A stretch of DNA of 64,000 nt from Acidobacteriota bacterium (GCA_009694745.1 SHUF01000003.1:26558-90557), one strand, 5' to 3'. Shown: positions 1-10,126, numbered from the stretch's first letter. The notes: a model not told the origin generated them from the sequence alone. Translations and numbers: made by a program.

Positions 1-2836
1 GGCCGGATCCGCGCACGTCGCCGATGAGATCCACGGACGCCTGCAGGCGGCGCAATTCGGTCAGCAGATGCCCTCCCACCGCCATGGCGTGGGCCTGCAG
101 CCCCTCGTCGATCGTGGCGCGCAGCGTGGCGAGTCCGGCCGCACATGCGGCCGTGCTGCCACCGAACGTGCTGAAAAACTCCATGCCGTTGTCGAAACTG
201 TCCGCGATCGCCCGCGTGGTGACGACAGCGCCCATCGGATACCCATTGGCCATCGGCTTGCCCAGCACAACGATGTCCGGCATGACGTGGTGGGCGTCGA
301 ACGCCCAGAAGTGCGTGCCCAGCCGGCCGAATCCGGTCTGGACTTCGTCGGCGATGCACACGCCGCCCGCGGCGCGCACACGACGATAGACCTCGGACAA
401 AAACCCGGGCGGCATCATGATCTGCCCGCCCACGCTCGGGCAGGTCTCGGCGATGTAGCCGCAGAGGCCACGGCCGCGCGCGAGGACCGCATCAATCACC
501 GAGCCGACCGCGCCCGCGTACCGGTGCCCGGCCTGCGGATCGTCCGATCGGTACGCTCCGCGATACACGTCGGGAATCGGCGAGGCGTGCACCCAGTCCG
601 GCGCGCCGGCGCCGCCGGGCCCCGCGTATTTGTACGGGCTGATGTCCACAAGCGTGGTGGTGTGCCCGTGATACGCGGCGTCCATCACGACCAGGTCGCG
701 ATGCCCGGTGTGCGCGCGCGCCAGGCGGATCGCGAGCTCGTTTGCCTCGCTGCCGGATGCTGTGAAGAAACAGACATCAAGCGGCTGCGGGAATCGCGCC
801 GTCAGTTCGGCGGCGTACTCCAGCGCCACCTCCTGCAGATACCGGGTGTTTGTGTTGAGCGTGGCCAATTGCGCGGCCACGGCCGTCGTCACCGTCGGAT
901 GGGCATGGCCCACATGCGGCACATTGTTGTAGGCATCGATATACGTGCGGCCGGTCTCATCGAACAGGTACTGCTTCCACCCGCGCACGATCTGCAGGGG
1001 ATCTGCCCCGTACGACAGACGCACGTTGCTACCGAAGTGCCGGCGGCGCAGCGTCAGCAAGTCGGCCGGGCTCGGATGGTGCACGAACCGACCGGGCGGA
1101 ATGCCGAGGAGCAGGTTGGGATCGGGCGAGAGGCTGAGCCACGTGGCGCGCTGGCTGGCCGGCGCCACGCCGTTGACGTTGCACGGCACGTCGAGCATGT
1201 CGGTGATGATCTGCAGGTGCGCGTGCGGCCACCAGTCGCCGTTGTCCGGCGGCGCGCCCACCGAGGCGAACCGCTCGCCGGCTTTGATCGGCCTGCCGAC
1301 GCAGAGCCCCTCCAGCGACTGACGATCGAGGTGGCCGTAGAGCGTGTAGAACGTCAGCGGGTCGCCCCCGGCGTCGGCCACGTCGTGCCGCAGAACGATC
1401 ACCGGCCCGTAGTCGAGCCGCGCCGTCGCGTCCTCAAATTCGTGGACGACGCCGTCGATCGGCGCGTAGATCGGTGACCCCGCGGGCATCGTCAGATCGA
1501 GGCCGATGTGGATCGTGCGGCGCTCATCCTTCACCGCGCCGGTGGCGCCCTCGGCAAACGCTCCGGTCGCGTAGATGAGCCGCGCTTCGTCGTAGCCGCC
1601 CACGCCGATCGCCGCGCCGGCGGCGCGCATGGCGGCGTGCACGCGACGGTCGAACAGCCCGGCGGCATTGTCTGCCGGGTCACTCGCGACGAGCGTGCTC
1701 CCGGCGCTCAGATCCAGGCCACACACCGGCGTCGTGCGCAGGTCGTGACCCGTGATGGGGGCGATGCGGTCGGCATGATCGCGCAGCCACTGCACAACGC
1801 GAGGGGCGTGCGGCACGGGCGGCAGACCGCACGCGTCGCGCAAGCGATAGTGCGCCAGGCGCGGGTGGATGGCGGTCAGCGCCGGCAGTGTTCGACGAAT
1901 CGGCGCCTGACTGATGCCGAGATAGTCCAGGTCGGGACGCAGGGCCTGCTGGGAGGCGGCCACACACACGCTCAGGCACAGGCGCAGACTCATCAGGCCG
2001 TAGAGCGCGGCGATTTCGTCGTCGGTGAGCGGGTGTACGGCATGGTAGCCACGCGCCACCGCGGCGGCGGCCCCCAGCGGATCGGGCTTGTCCAGCGTCG
2101 CGTAGGCCATCGCCACGGCGAGATCGTTCACCGTGTCGCCGTAGACCATGTCGCCGAAGTCGAGGATGCCGGTCACCCGCTGCGTGCGCGGATCAACGAG
2201 CACGTTGTAGTTGTTGGCATCACCATGGATCACGCTCTGGCGGAAGGCCGTCCCGCGGCGCGCCGCGGCGTCCTGGTGGACGGCAACCAGCGTCGCGATC
2301 ATCCCGTGCAACTGCGGGTCCTGCACCCGCGGCAAGTGCTGCGCAATGATCGAGGGCGCCAGGGCCAGGTCCCAGTAGAACTCACGGTGGAGCGCGGGGT
2401 GATCGAAGGAGGCGAGCGCGCGATCCATCAGTCCCACGGCCCGCCCGACATCGGCGAGGAGCGCATCGGTCTGGCGCGGGGTGTCGCCGATGGGCCGGCC
2501 GTCGAGCCATGTGATGAGCCGCACGAAATGACGGCCGACGCGCGCGATGTCGTCGCCCGTCTTCGAAGGAAGCGGCACCGAAGTCGTGCCCCCGGCCGCC
2601 AGGTGGCGCATTGTCGCGTTCTCGGCGTCGAGCATGCGCCGGTCTTCACCGGCGTTGGCGATCTTGAGCACGAACCAGGTGCCGTCGGCGGCGTGCAGGC
2701 GGAAGTTCTGGTCGCGCTCGCTGGGCAGCGCCGTGGCTCGCGCGGTCAGGCCGAACACGTCGCTGGCGATGCCTTCAGCGGCGTCGAGGGTCAAGCGAGG
2801 CGCATCGGCAACCGAGGTCCTGCCCCCTCTTGTCAT
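1..2836 (-). CDS. Tri-domain protein: APH-like phosphotransferase / peptidase M23 / class-III PLP aminotransferase (3' end outside window)
   Basis: Absent from the ORF track because it has no stop in the window. Reverse translation from ATG at 2836 (MTRGGRTSVADAPRLTLDAAEGI) stays open to position 1. APH motif: VTGILDFGDMVYGD. M23 motifs: HIGLDLTMPAGSPIYAP, LYGHL, WWPHAHLQ. Aminotransferase-III blocks: FFTASGSEANELAIRLAR, ADEVQTGFGRLG, VLGKPMANGYPMG. Plus-strand ORFs 68..1477 and 1508..3073 are its antisense shadows. Confidence 0.85.
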   Translation of the reverse strand, partial: MTRGGRTSVADAPRLTLDAAEGIASDVFGLTARATALPSERDQNFRLHAADGTWFVLKIANAGEDRRMLDAENATMRHLAAGGTTSVPLPSKTGDDIARVGRHFVRLITWLDGRPIGDTPRQTDALLADVGRAVGLMDRALASFDHPALHREFYWDLALAPSIIAQHLPRVQDPQLHGMIATLVAVHQDAAARRGTAFRQSVIHGDANNYNVLVDPRTQRVTGILDFGDMVYGDTVNDLAVAMAYATLDKPDPLGAAAAVARGYHAVHPLTDDEIAALYGLMSLRLCLSVCVAASQQALRPDLDYLGISQAPIRRTLPALTAIHPRLAHYRLRDACGLPPVPHAPRVVQWLRDHADRIAPITGHDLRTTPVCGLDLSAGSTLVASDPADNAAGLFDRRVHAAMRAAGAAIGVGGYDEARLIYATGAFAEGATGAVKDERRTIHIGLDLTMPAGSPIYAPIDGVVHEFEDATARLDYGPVIVLRHDVADAGGDPLTFYTLYGHLDRQSLEGLCVGRPIKAGERFASVGAPPDNGDWWPHAHLQIITDMLDVPCNVNGVAPASQRATWLSLSPDPNLLLGIPPGRFVHHPSPADLLTLRRRHFGSNVRLSYGADPLQIVRGWKQYLFDETGRTYIDAYNNVPHVGHAHPTVTTAVAAQLATLNTNTRYLQEVALEYAAELTARFPQPLDVCFFTASGSEANELAIRLARAHTGHRDLVVMDAAYHGHTTTLVDISPYKYAGPGGAGAPDWVHASPIPDVYRGAYRSDDPQAGHRYAGAVGSVIDAVLARGRGLCGYIAETCPSVGGQIMMPPGFLSEVYRRVRAAGGVCIADEVQTGFGRLGTHFWAFDAHHVMPDIVVLGKPMANGYPMGAVVTTRAIADSFDNGMEFFSTFGGSTAACAAGLATLRATIDEGLQAHAMAVGGHLLTELRRLQASVDLIGDVRGSG

Positions 2837-2852
2837 CCTCGCTCAGGGCTGG

Positions 2853-4430
2853 TCATTTGGGCCACGGTGTTCCGATCCAGAACGACTGAAGCGTCGTCCA
2901 CCGTTCACGAGAGCGATCGGGTTGGCCGGCGGCGGCATAGGCGGCGGCTGCGCCGTGCAGGGAGCGTGCGCGGTTGGGCATGCGTTCGAGGCCCGCGTCA
3001 AAGGCGGCCGCCGCGTTGGCGTGCTGACCTGCGCGCGCGAGTACTTCGCCCAGAAGTTCGTGCGACGGCTTGATGGGGTCGGCCGCGCCGATGGGTGGCC
3101 GCATGCTTTCTTCGATTGTGACGGCTTCGCGCAGCATCTTGATGGCCTTCTCGCGATCACCCTTGGACTCGGCGATGCGCGCGCCCAGTTCCAGCGCCAT
3201 GACGCGCGCGCCTTTGTCGCCTTCTGACAGTGCTGAAGTCGCCGCGGCAGGCGCGGGTGCCGCGCCATGGTCCGCGTGTGCGCCACCGGCCTCCTGGACC
3301 CCCATCTTGGCGCTGACGGCGAGCCGCGCAAGCATCCTGTCTGCGACCGCCGCATCACCTGTGGCGACGGCGCTCAATCCGTTCGCGAACACCGTCGCGA
3401 TCGAAGCGGAGTCCGCGATGTCCTGCACCATCCATTCCTCGGTTTCAATGATGTAGCGGGCGCGGACGAGGGCAAGACCTGAGATGGCGCGGGCGTGCTT
3501 GGTGGTGGCGGCCATTTCTTCAAAGGCCTGAATGCGGCCACGGGCGCCACTGTAATCGCCCAGTTGCAGGAATCCGTACTGGCCCCAGTCGCCCGAGTGG
3601 GCCATGTCGCCGGGCGAATCGCCCGGCTGCCACAGCTCCTTCGCGATGGTGAACGCGCGAATGTTCTGGCGCGCCACCTCCTGCCACATGCCGTGCTGAA
3701 TGAAGATGTGGGTGGGCATGTGGACGGCGTGGGAGACGGCCGGAACGACCTTCGCGTAGAGGAACGCCGATTCGAGCGCGAGCGGCGCGTGCACCGGGTC
3801 GTCGAACGCGTGAATGATGTAGTGCGTGGCTCCGGGATGGTTCGGGTTGCGGCGGACCACGTCCATGGCTAGGGCGCCGGCTTTCACCTCCGGACGGAAC
3901 GTGCTGTCGTTTTGTGCCCGAGCCGCGCTCAAGAGCGACAATGCATAAAACGTCGTGACTTCGTCATCAGCCGGGAACGCCGCATGCAGGCGCTCCATGG
4001 CGCGCATGTAGGCGACGCGCCGCGCACGCCAGTCGCCTTCGGCCCAGAGCGCCTCGACGGCCTGCAGGAAACCCTGTTCGCGTGGCGTGGGCGCTTTGGC
4101 GACCCGGGCGGCCGGAGTCGATCCGAGACGTCCGAGCACAGCGCGCGGGTTGGCAGGGTCGGACTCGGCATTGAGTGGATGGTTGTAACAGAGCGTCTCA
4201 CCCCAGTAGGCGAGCGCGAAGTCCGGGTCGGCCTTCTGCGCGAGCTTGAACTCGGCGATCGCCTGTTTCCACCCAAAACTGTGGAGGATGGCGACGCCAC
4301 GCAGGAAGTGGCGCTGGGCCTCGGGATTCGCCGACGTCGGAAACGACAGGGACCCGACGTTTTCAAGCTGCGCCGACACAGGCGCGGAAAGACTCAGCAA
4401 CACCGCGAACACGATCATCCGGCAACGCAT
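2853..4430 (-). CDS. Secreted TPR-like helical-repeat protein, function unknown
   Basis: ORF 2853..4505. Preferred start is ATG 4430 (MRCRMIVFAVLLSLSAPVSAQ, signal peptide) with GGAGG 5 nt upstream. Helical-repeat-like sequence throughout. Confidence 0.7.
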   Translation of the reverse strand: MRCRMIVFAVLLSLSAPVSAQLENVGSLSFPTSANPEAQRHFLRGVAILHSFGWKQAIAEFKLAQKADPDFALAYWGETLCYNHPLNAESDPANPRAVLGRLGSTPAARVAKAPTPREQGFLQAVEALWAEGDWRARRVAYMRAMERLHAAFPADDEVTTFYALSLLSAARAQNDSTFRPEVKAGALAMDVVRRNPNHPGATHYIIHAFDDPVHAPLALESAFLYAKVVPAVSHAVHMPTHIFIQHGMWQEVARQNIRAFTIAKELWQPGDSPGDMAHSGDWGQYGFLQLGDYSGARGRIQAFEEMAATTKHARAISGLALVRARYIIETEEWMVQDIADSASIATVFANGLSAVATGDAAVADRMLARLAVSAKMGVQEAGGAHADHGAAPAPAAATSALSEGDKGARVMALELGARIAESKGDREKAIKMLREAVTIEESMRPPIGAADPIKPSHELLGEVLARAGQHANAAAAFDAGLERMPNRARSLHGAAAAYAAAGQPDRSRERWTTLQSFWIGTPWPK

Positions 4431-4523
4431 TGATACCTCCATCAGAGCAGTTGGAGGGATTGTAGAACTATTCGCGTCCTCACGACGACAGCAGGCAGCC
4501 TCCACGCGAGTAGGAGGTAGACG

Positions 4524-4910
4524 ATGAGCTGGGGAGACACCATCGGCGCCAGGCTCTTTGGGGATGTTGAAAACGGTGTCGGACCCTGCCGCGTGCTTCA
4601 GTGGAGTCTCGTGTGCGTCGGAGTGGCGTTGGCCGGTTGTGGCGGATCCCCCAAGTCTCCGACGGCTCCGCCCCCGACGCCCGTTTCCAGTGTGCCGGTG
4701 TTATCGGTGGCCGTCGTTGACCTGAGCCTGCTCGTTGACTTTCAGCCATTCGGCTTCGCGCTCGTCAACCCCACCTACAAGCTGGCAACTGACCGCCGGC
4801 GCGTGGGTCTTCTCAATATCGGAACCCGATGGAGAAGTAGACGCTCCGCGCCGACTGGTAGTCACCGGCCGACAACGCGCGTCCGAAATCCGGACCGAGC
4901 TGGTAGTTGA
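4524..4910 (+). CDS. Putative small lipoprotein (hypothetical)
   Basis: ATG 4524 is preceded by AGGAGG at about -7. Lipobox LAGC in SLVCVGVALAGCGGSPKSP. The Arg-rich last ~30 codons overlap the convergent OMP gene by 98 nt and look like antisense read-out, so the native 3' end is uncertain. Confidence 0.45.
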   Translation: MSWGDTIGARLFGDVENGVGPCRVLQWSLVCVGVALAGCGGSPKSPTAPPPTPVSSVPVLSVAVVDLSLLVDFQPFGFALVNPTYKLATDRRRVGLLNIGTRWRSRRSAPTGSHRPTTRVRNPDRAGS

Positions 4911-7815
4911 GGCCTTCCACCGGAACCGTCGTGAACGGGTTAAACGCCTGCATCGTACCCGCGGGATTCTGACTGGCCGCGCTGAAGACGGTCTGGTTGC
5001 CCGACGAGGTCTGGGCCGACTGATTGAACAGGTTGTCGACGATCACCCTGACGAAGAACTCACCCGACTTCACGAAACGCGCCGGCACGTAATAGTTCAC
5101 GGAGAGGTCGGTGGCCGAGACCGTGTCCGTCTTGAAGATCCCTCGGCCGCCGCCGTAGTAGTAGGTGACTGTGGCAGGCGGCGTCAGGTATCCCGGATTG
5201 GTGACATACGGCCGGCCGTCCACTGAACCGGCGGCACTGTAGGGCTGGCCGGAACTGACTCGCTCCAACAGCCCGATGTTCACCCGGCCGGCGCCCGAGA
5301 ACCTCTTCTCGTAGTTGGCCCACACCCGCAGCTTGTGTCGCTGGTCGATGCTGAGGTCGCCGGTCGGCGTGTTCCAGCGCTCCTGCTTGTATTCGACGTA
5401 GGCGAGGAAATCGTCCTGCACCGGGCCACTGGCCGTCGTCTCCGCGTTGAAATTCCCGGAGGATTTCGACAGTGTGTAATTGCCACCCAGTGTCATCTGA
5501 CTGCTGACCCGGTACTGCATCTGACCCTGCAGGGCCCGGTATGTTCGATCGAGCGTGTTTGTATTCACGACCGTCGCGAGATCGAACAGCCGGCCCGTGG
5601 GGTCTGCCGCGGTCACGCCCGGCACCACCTGGTCCGTGAACAGGTTGTCAAAATCGCGATAGATGGCATCGACGCGATAGCTGCCTTTGGATCCCAGCGT
5701 GCCGCCAACCCCGAGGCTGTACTCCATGGTGCTCGGCGTCCTGAGTCCGTCAGCCAGCTTGCGATTCACGCCGGGATATGTCGGATTCGAGCGCAGCGGG
5801 CGGGTGGTGCCGCCATTGGCATAGAACCAATTGAAGATGGTGGTGAGCGCCTGATCGACCGGCACAGGGTTCGGGGTGTCCAAGTCTGTGTTGATGGCCG
5901 GGCCTCGATAGACAAACGCAAAATTGCCATTCCGGCCCGCCCCTGACCCGAGGTCGGCAATGCCGCTGGTGACCGGCATCACGTAGCGCGCCAGCCCCGC
6001 GTGCATGGTCCACTTGCCCTTGCCCGTGGGATCAAACGCGGCCGACAGCCTGGGGCTCCACGCCTGGTCCTTCGAGACGACGTTGCCGCCCTGGTCTGTC
6101 TCGTCGGCACGATCGTACCGGCCACCCAGGTTGAAGCTCCAGTGGCGATTGAGATTCCACTGGTCGTTGAGAAAGACGGAGTACGTGCGGAGACGGCTGC
6201 CCTGGGAGTCCTCGAGGACGGGCCTCCACTCAAGATAGGCCGCAGCCGAACTGGTGTTGGACGTACCTGGCACGACCACGGGATAGAGCACGCCGTTCCG
6301 GATGATCGTGTTGTTGGCCCGAAGGCGGAACTCACTGCCGGACTGATAGTTGTTGTTCTCGCGCGAGTCTTCAAACGCATCCACACCGAAGACGAGGCTA
6401 TGGGATCCGAGGGCCGACGTCGACAGGAAGTACGAGCCCTTGAAAATGACGTTCCGGTTGTTGCGCATTTCTTCGTTAAACTTCCCGGCGGCCACGTCGG
6501 CTTCGCTCAACCCGCAGACTGCGCAGAAGGTCGGCGAATTCCACCGGGCATCGCCACGCGATCGGTCCCAGATGGGTGTCCCGCGCACGACGTCGGTGAA
6601 CCGGGCCCCCGACCCGACGATGGAATAGCGCCGCTCTGAGTACTGGCCTTCCACGAAGAACTTCGGCGACAGGACCCCTGTGTAGTTGGCCGAAAGAAGT
6701 GTTTCCGGCGCCCAGGAATCGTAGAAGCTGGCCCGGTCCATCACGTCGCCGAACGTGTTATTGGATTCAAACCGGCGCTTGTCGGTGTACCCCACCTTGA
6801 CGGTGTGGCCCGGGGACACGGCGTACGTCAGTTTGCCTTCGAAGCGTTTGTCGTTCACGCCGTTGTCGTACACGATGTTGGTGAATCGCGTGGTCTGTCC
6901 CGTTTTGTTGTCGGCGTACCGGGCGGCACCGAAGAACCACAGCTTGTCTTTGGCGATGGGGCCACCGAACGTCCCTTCGAACGTCGGCACCAGGGCGTCA
7001 CGGCGGGGGTCTTCGGCCAGTGCCGCTTCAAACGGCGTCAGCGCCCGCCAGTTGTCATTGTTGAAGGTCACGCGACCTGACCCGCTGAACGTGTTACCAC
7101 CCGACCTGGTGATCACGTTCGCCACGCCGCCGGTAAAACGGCCGTATTCCGCGGAAATGGCCGCGGTCGAGGTCTTGGTTTCTTCGATCGCGTCTTCGAT
7201 GAATAGCAGACGCTCCTGGTTGCGCAGCGTCTCATTCAGCACCACGCCGTTGAGCAGGAAGAGCCCCTCGTAGGAGGCCGCGCCGGAAAACGTCACGTTG
7301 CCGCCGGGCCCCGTGCCCGTGGTGCCCGGCGCGAGCAGGACGGCGCCGCGGATGGCCCGACTGACAGGCAGGGTGTCGATCTGCTCGGCCTTGTAGCTTG
7401 CGGCCACCGTGGGGGTCATGGTGAAGTCGGCGCGTGAGCCCGCAGTCACCACCACCGTCTCGGTGACGCTTGCAAGAACCAGCGTGGCGTTGAGCGGCGC
7501 GGTCTCCGCCACTTGGAGGCGCAGGGTCACGGTCTTGACGGCAAACCCCTGGAGTTCAAACTTCACCGTGTATTCGCCGGCCGGCAGAAACGGCAGGATG
7601 TAGTCCCCATTCGCAGACGTCACAGCCAGCCGGGTCCCCTGCAGCGCCGGAGATGACACCGTGACGGTGACTCCGGACAGCACGCCACCCTGCGCGTCCG
7701 CCACCTGGCCCTTGATGGTCCCGGTGGGATTCGTCTGGGCGAGCGCGGCGCCACCCGACAGGAACACCAGGCTCAGCGCCAAGACACCATCAATCCACGC
7801 GTTTCGAGTGCTCAT
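4813..7815 (-). CDS. TonB-dependent-receptor-like outer-membrane protein with N-terminal carboxypeptidase-regulatory-like domain
   Basis: 1000-aa ORF. Signal peptide ends ...GGAALAQ. CarboxypepD_reg-like GTIKGQVADAQGGVLSGVTVTV...GDYILPFLPAGEYTV. Beta-barrel-like C terminus ...VYFSIGFRY. GAGGAG RBS upstream. Confidence 0.85.
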   Translation of the reverse strand: MSTRNAWIDGVLALSLVFLSGGAALAQTNPTGTIKGQVADAQGGVLSGVTVTVSSPALQGTRLAVTSANGDYILPFLPAGEYTVKFELQGFAVKTVTLRLQVAETAPLNATLVLASVTETVVVTAGSRADFTMTPTVAASYKAEQIDTLPVSRAIRGAVLLAPGTTGTGPGGNVTFSGAASYEGLFLLNGVVLNETLRNQERLLFIEDAIEETKTSTAAISAEYGRFTGGVANVITRSGGNTFSGSGRVTFNNDNWRALTPFEAALAEDPRRDALVPTFEGTFGGPIAKDKLWFFGAARYADNKTGQTTRFTNIVYDNGVNDKRFEGKLTYAVSPGHTVKVGYTDKRRFESNNTFGDVMDRASFYDSWAPETLLSANYTGVLSPKFFVEGQYSERRYSIVGSGARFTDVVRGTPIWDRSRGDARWNSPTFCAVCGLSEADVAAGKFNEEMRNNRNVIFKGSYFLSTSALGSHSLVFGVDAFEDSRENNNYQSGSEFRLRANNTIIRNGVLYPVVVPGTSNTSSAAAYLEWRPVLEDSQGSRLRTYSVFLNDQWNLNRHWSFNLGGRYDRADETDQGGNVVSKDQAWSPRLSAAFDPTGKGKWTMHAGLARYVMPVTSGIADLGSGAGRNGNFAFVYRGPAINTDLDTPNPVPVDQALTTIFNWFYANGGTTRPLRSNPTYPGVNRKLADGLRTPSTMEYSLGVGGTLGSKGSYRVDAIYRDFDNLFTDQVVPGVTAADPTGRLFDLATVVNTNTLDRTYRALQGQMQYRVSSQMTLGGNYTLSKSSGNFNAETTASGPVQDDFLAYVEYKQERWNTPTGDLSIDQRHKLRVWANYEKRFSGAGRVNIGLLERVSSGQPYSAAGSVDGRPYVTNPGYLTPPATVTYYYGGGRGIFKTDTVSATDLSVNYYVPARFVKSGEFFVRVIVDNLFNQSAQTSSGNQTVFSAASQNPAGTMQAFNPFTTVPVEGLNYQLGPDFGRALSAGDYQSARSVYFSIGFRY

Positions 7816-7991
7816 GCCATCTCCTCAATCAACAAAGACACCGTGGGTCGTTCGGCAGACCTGACGACGTTGGGCATCGCCACGGGGGTGTCAACGCTGA
7901 GAATTATACGACGGAGAAGATCATTGCGCGACGGCCCTTGCCCAGGCGGTTCCCTGTCGGGGACAATCGGAGGCCATAACCAAGAGCCGAC

Positions 7992-8426
7992 GTGCTGCTG
8001 CCGCTCATCCCGGTGTTCCTGAGCTACGTGCTGAGCTTCGTGTATGTCGGCATCTACTGGAACAACCACCACCTGCTCCATGCCTCTCACCGGGTGACGA
8101 GGCCCATCCTGTGGGCCAACCTTCACCTGTTGTTCTGGCTCTCGCTACTGCCGTTCGCGACCGGCTGGATGGGTGAAAACCACTTCGGCGCGGCGCCGTC
8201 GGCGCTGTACGGCGTGGTGCTGCTGATGGCCGCCATCGCGTACTGGATTCTGCAGCAGTGCATCATCGCCTCTCAGGGCCCCGACTCGCTCTTGAAGAGA
8301 GCCGTGGGAAGTGACTGGAAGGGCAAGCTCTCACCGGTGCTGTACGTCCTGGTGGCACTCCTCTGGCTGGTACCGGATCGGCGGATCGAGAAGGCGCTGA
8401 CCGAAAGGAACAACCATCACGGCTAG
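7992..8426 (+). pseudogene. TMEM175/DUF1211-type K+ channel remnant (N-terminally truncated, probable internal deletion)
   Basis: LIPVFLSYVLSFVYVGIYWNNHHLLH, ILWANLHLLFWLSLLPFATGWMGENHF and LWLVPDRRIEK match the family. The N-terminal helix with the RLEAFSDG signature is missing: stop TAA at 7977 in frame, and no homology in any upstream frame. About 20 aa seem absent between GKLSP and VLYVLVALLW. Confidence 0.5.
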
Positions 8427-9676
8427 ATCAGTTCGGCTAGCCGCCGCTCGAGGAAACGCCGTTCGGGCCCTTGACGCGTGAGCGCGAGGGCGCGGGCGTA
8501 GGACGCTCTCGCGTCGGCCGTTCGTCCAAGGCGCCGGCACACGTCAGCGCGCGCCGAGTGTGCCAGGTGGTAGTCATCCAGCTCTCCGGCAGCGAGCAGG
8601 GTTTCGATCAACACCAGCCCCTCGGCCGGACCGTCACGCATCGAGACCGCGGCGGCGCGATTGAGTTGCATCACCGGCGACGCGTCAAGGCGCAGCATGA
8701 TGTCGTAGAGGGCGACGATCGTCTGCCAGTCTGTGGCCTCGGCAGTGTCGGCATGTGCGTGGGCTGCGCCGATGGCCGCTTGCAGCGTGTACGGACCGAT
8801 GCGGCGCGACGCCAGCGCCTGCTCGAGCCGTGTGGCGCCTTCGGCGATGAGCGCGCGGTCCCAACGCGATCGGTCCTGGTCGGCCAGCAGAATCAACACG
8901 CCATCCTCCGACGTGCGAGCTGCGCGCCGCGATTCCTGCAGCAGCATCAACGCCAGCAGGCCCGACGCCTCGGGCTCGGCCAGTAGTTCCACCAGCAACC
9001 GGCCGAGGCGGATCGCCTCTCCCGACAGGCCCTGCCGCGTCAGCGCCTCACCCGACGACGCGGAATAGCCCTCGTTGAAGACCAGGTAGATCACGCGCAG
9101 CACGGTGTCGAGCCTGTCTGGCAGTTCCGTGCGCGACGGCATCTGATACGGAATGCGCGCATCCCGAATCTTCCCCTTGGCGCGCACGATGCGCTGGGCG
9201 ATGGTCCGGGGATCGGTGAGGAAGGCGTGGCCGATCTCCTCGGTGGTGAGACCGCAGACTTCGCGCAGGGTCAGCGCCAGTTGGGCATCGCCTGAGAGGG
9301 CCGGGTGGCAACACGTGAAGATCAGGCGCAGACGGTCGTCTTCGACCTCCTCGGCATCCACATCGGCCTCGGCCGATGACGCCGTGACATCGAGGCTCTT
9401 GGCCAGGGCCGCCGCGGCGCGGTCGAAACGCGCGCGACGCCGCAGCACATCGATCGCTTTGAAACGACCGGTGGACACCAGCTAGGCGCGAGGATTGCCT
9501 GGAACGCCGTCCACGGGCCAGCGCTCGAGCGCCGCGGTGAACGCGTCGTGGAGCGCCTCCTCGGCGAGATCAAAATCGCCGAGGAGGCGTATCAGAGTGG
9601 CCAAAACTCGCCGCGATTCGGCCCTGTAGGTGGCGGCTACGATTTCATGCATCGGCGCCGCCTGAAAATGAGCCAA
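8423..9676 (-). pseudogene. ECF-type RNA polymerase sigma factor (long C-terminal domain type) interrupted by an in-frame TAG
   Basis: ORFs 9482..9676 and 8423..9478 are in one frame. The minus strand reads ...GNPRA-TAG-LVSTGRFKAIDVLRRR. The amber codon (9482..9484) sits where sigma region 2 has its conserved Trp (WL..I..N..D). Without the stop the product is 417 aa. Confidence 0.8.
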
Positions 9677-9696
9677 CTAGCCAATGGGGCAATGGC

Positions 9697-10056
9697 TCAG
9701 GCCGGCATGTCGAATTCGACGATGGGCCGGATTTCCACGGCGCCGGTGCGCGCCGACGGGGTCTTGGCGGCCACCTGGATGGCGTCGTTGAGGTCCCGCG
9801 CGTTAATAAGGTAGTAGCCCCCCAATTGTTCCTTGGTTTCCGCAAACGGGCCGGCGGTGGTGGACAGCTTCCCGTTTCGGATCCGGACGGACGTGGCCGT
9901 GGCCACCGGCTGCAGGGCCTCACCGCCAATGTAGTGGCCGCTCTTCTTGATGCCATCGGTAAAGGCAAAATACTCCCCCATGAAAGCCTCGCCCTCCTCC
10001 TTCGACATTCCCGCCATCGTCTGCTCACCGTCATAAATCACGCACAAGTAACGCAT
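9697..10056 (-). CDS. YCII-related (DGPF) domain protein
   Basis: MRYLCVIY start at 10056 with GGGAGGG RBS. Motif AGPFAETKEQLGGYYLI. Typical partner gene upstream of this sigma-factor type. Confidence 0.85.
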   Translation of the reverse strand: MRYLCVIYDGEQTMAGMSKEEGEAFMGEYFAFTDGIKKSGHYIGGEALQPVATATSVRIRNGKLSTTAGPFAETKEQLGGYYLINARDLNDAIQVAAKTPSARTGAVEIRPIVEFDMPA

Positions 10057-10126
10057 CAGTGTTCCCTCCCTTGGGTTGGACGTTCGCATCTAGTCGTTTG
10101 GGCCACCCAAAGATCGACATCATCCC

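Noticed and set aside
68-3073. Long plus-strand ORFs 68..1477 (469 aa) and 1508..3073 (521 aa)
   Set aside because: The translations are Arg/His/Gly-rich and motif-free. The opposite strand encodes a continuous, motif-rich kinase/M23/aminotransferase protein. These are typical antisense shadow ORFs of a high-GC genome.
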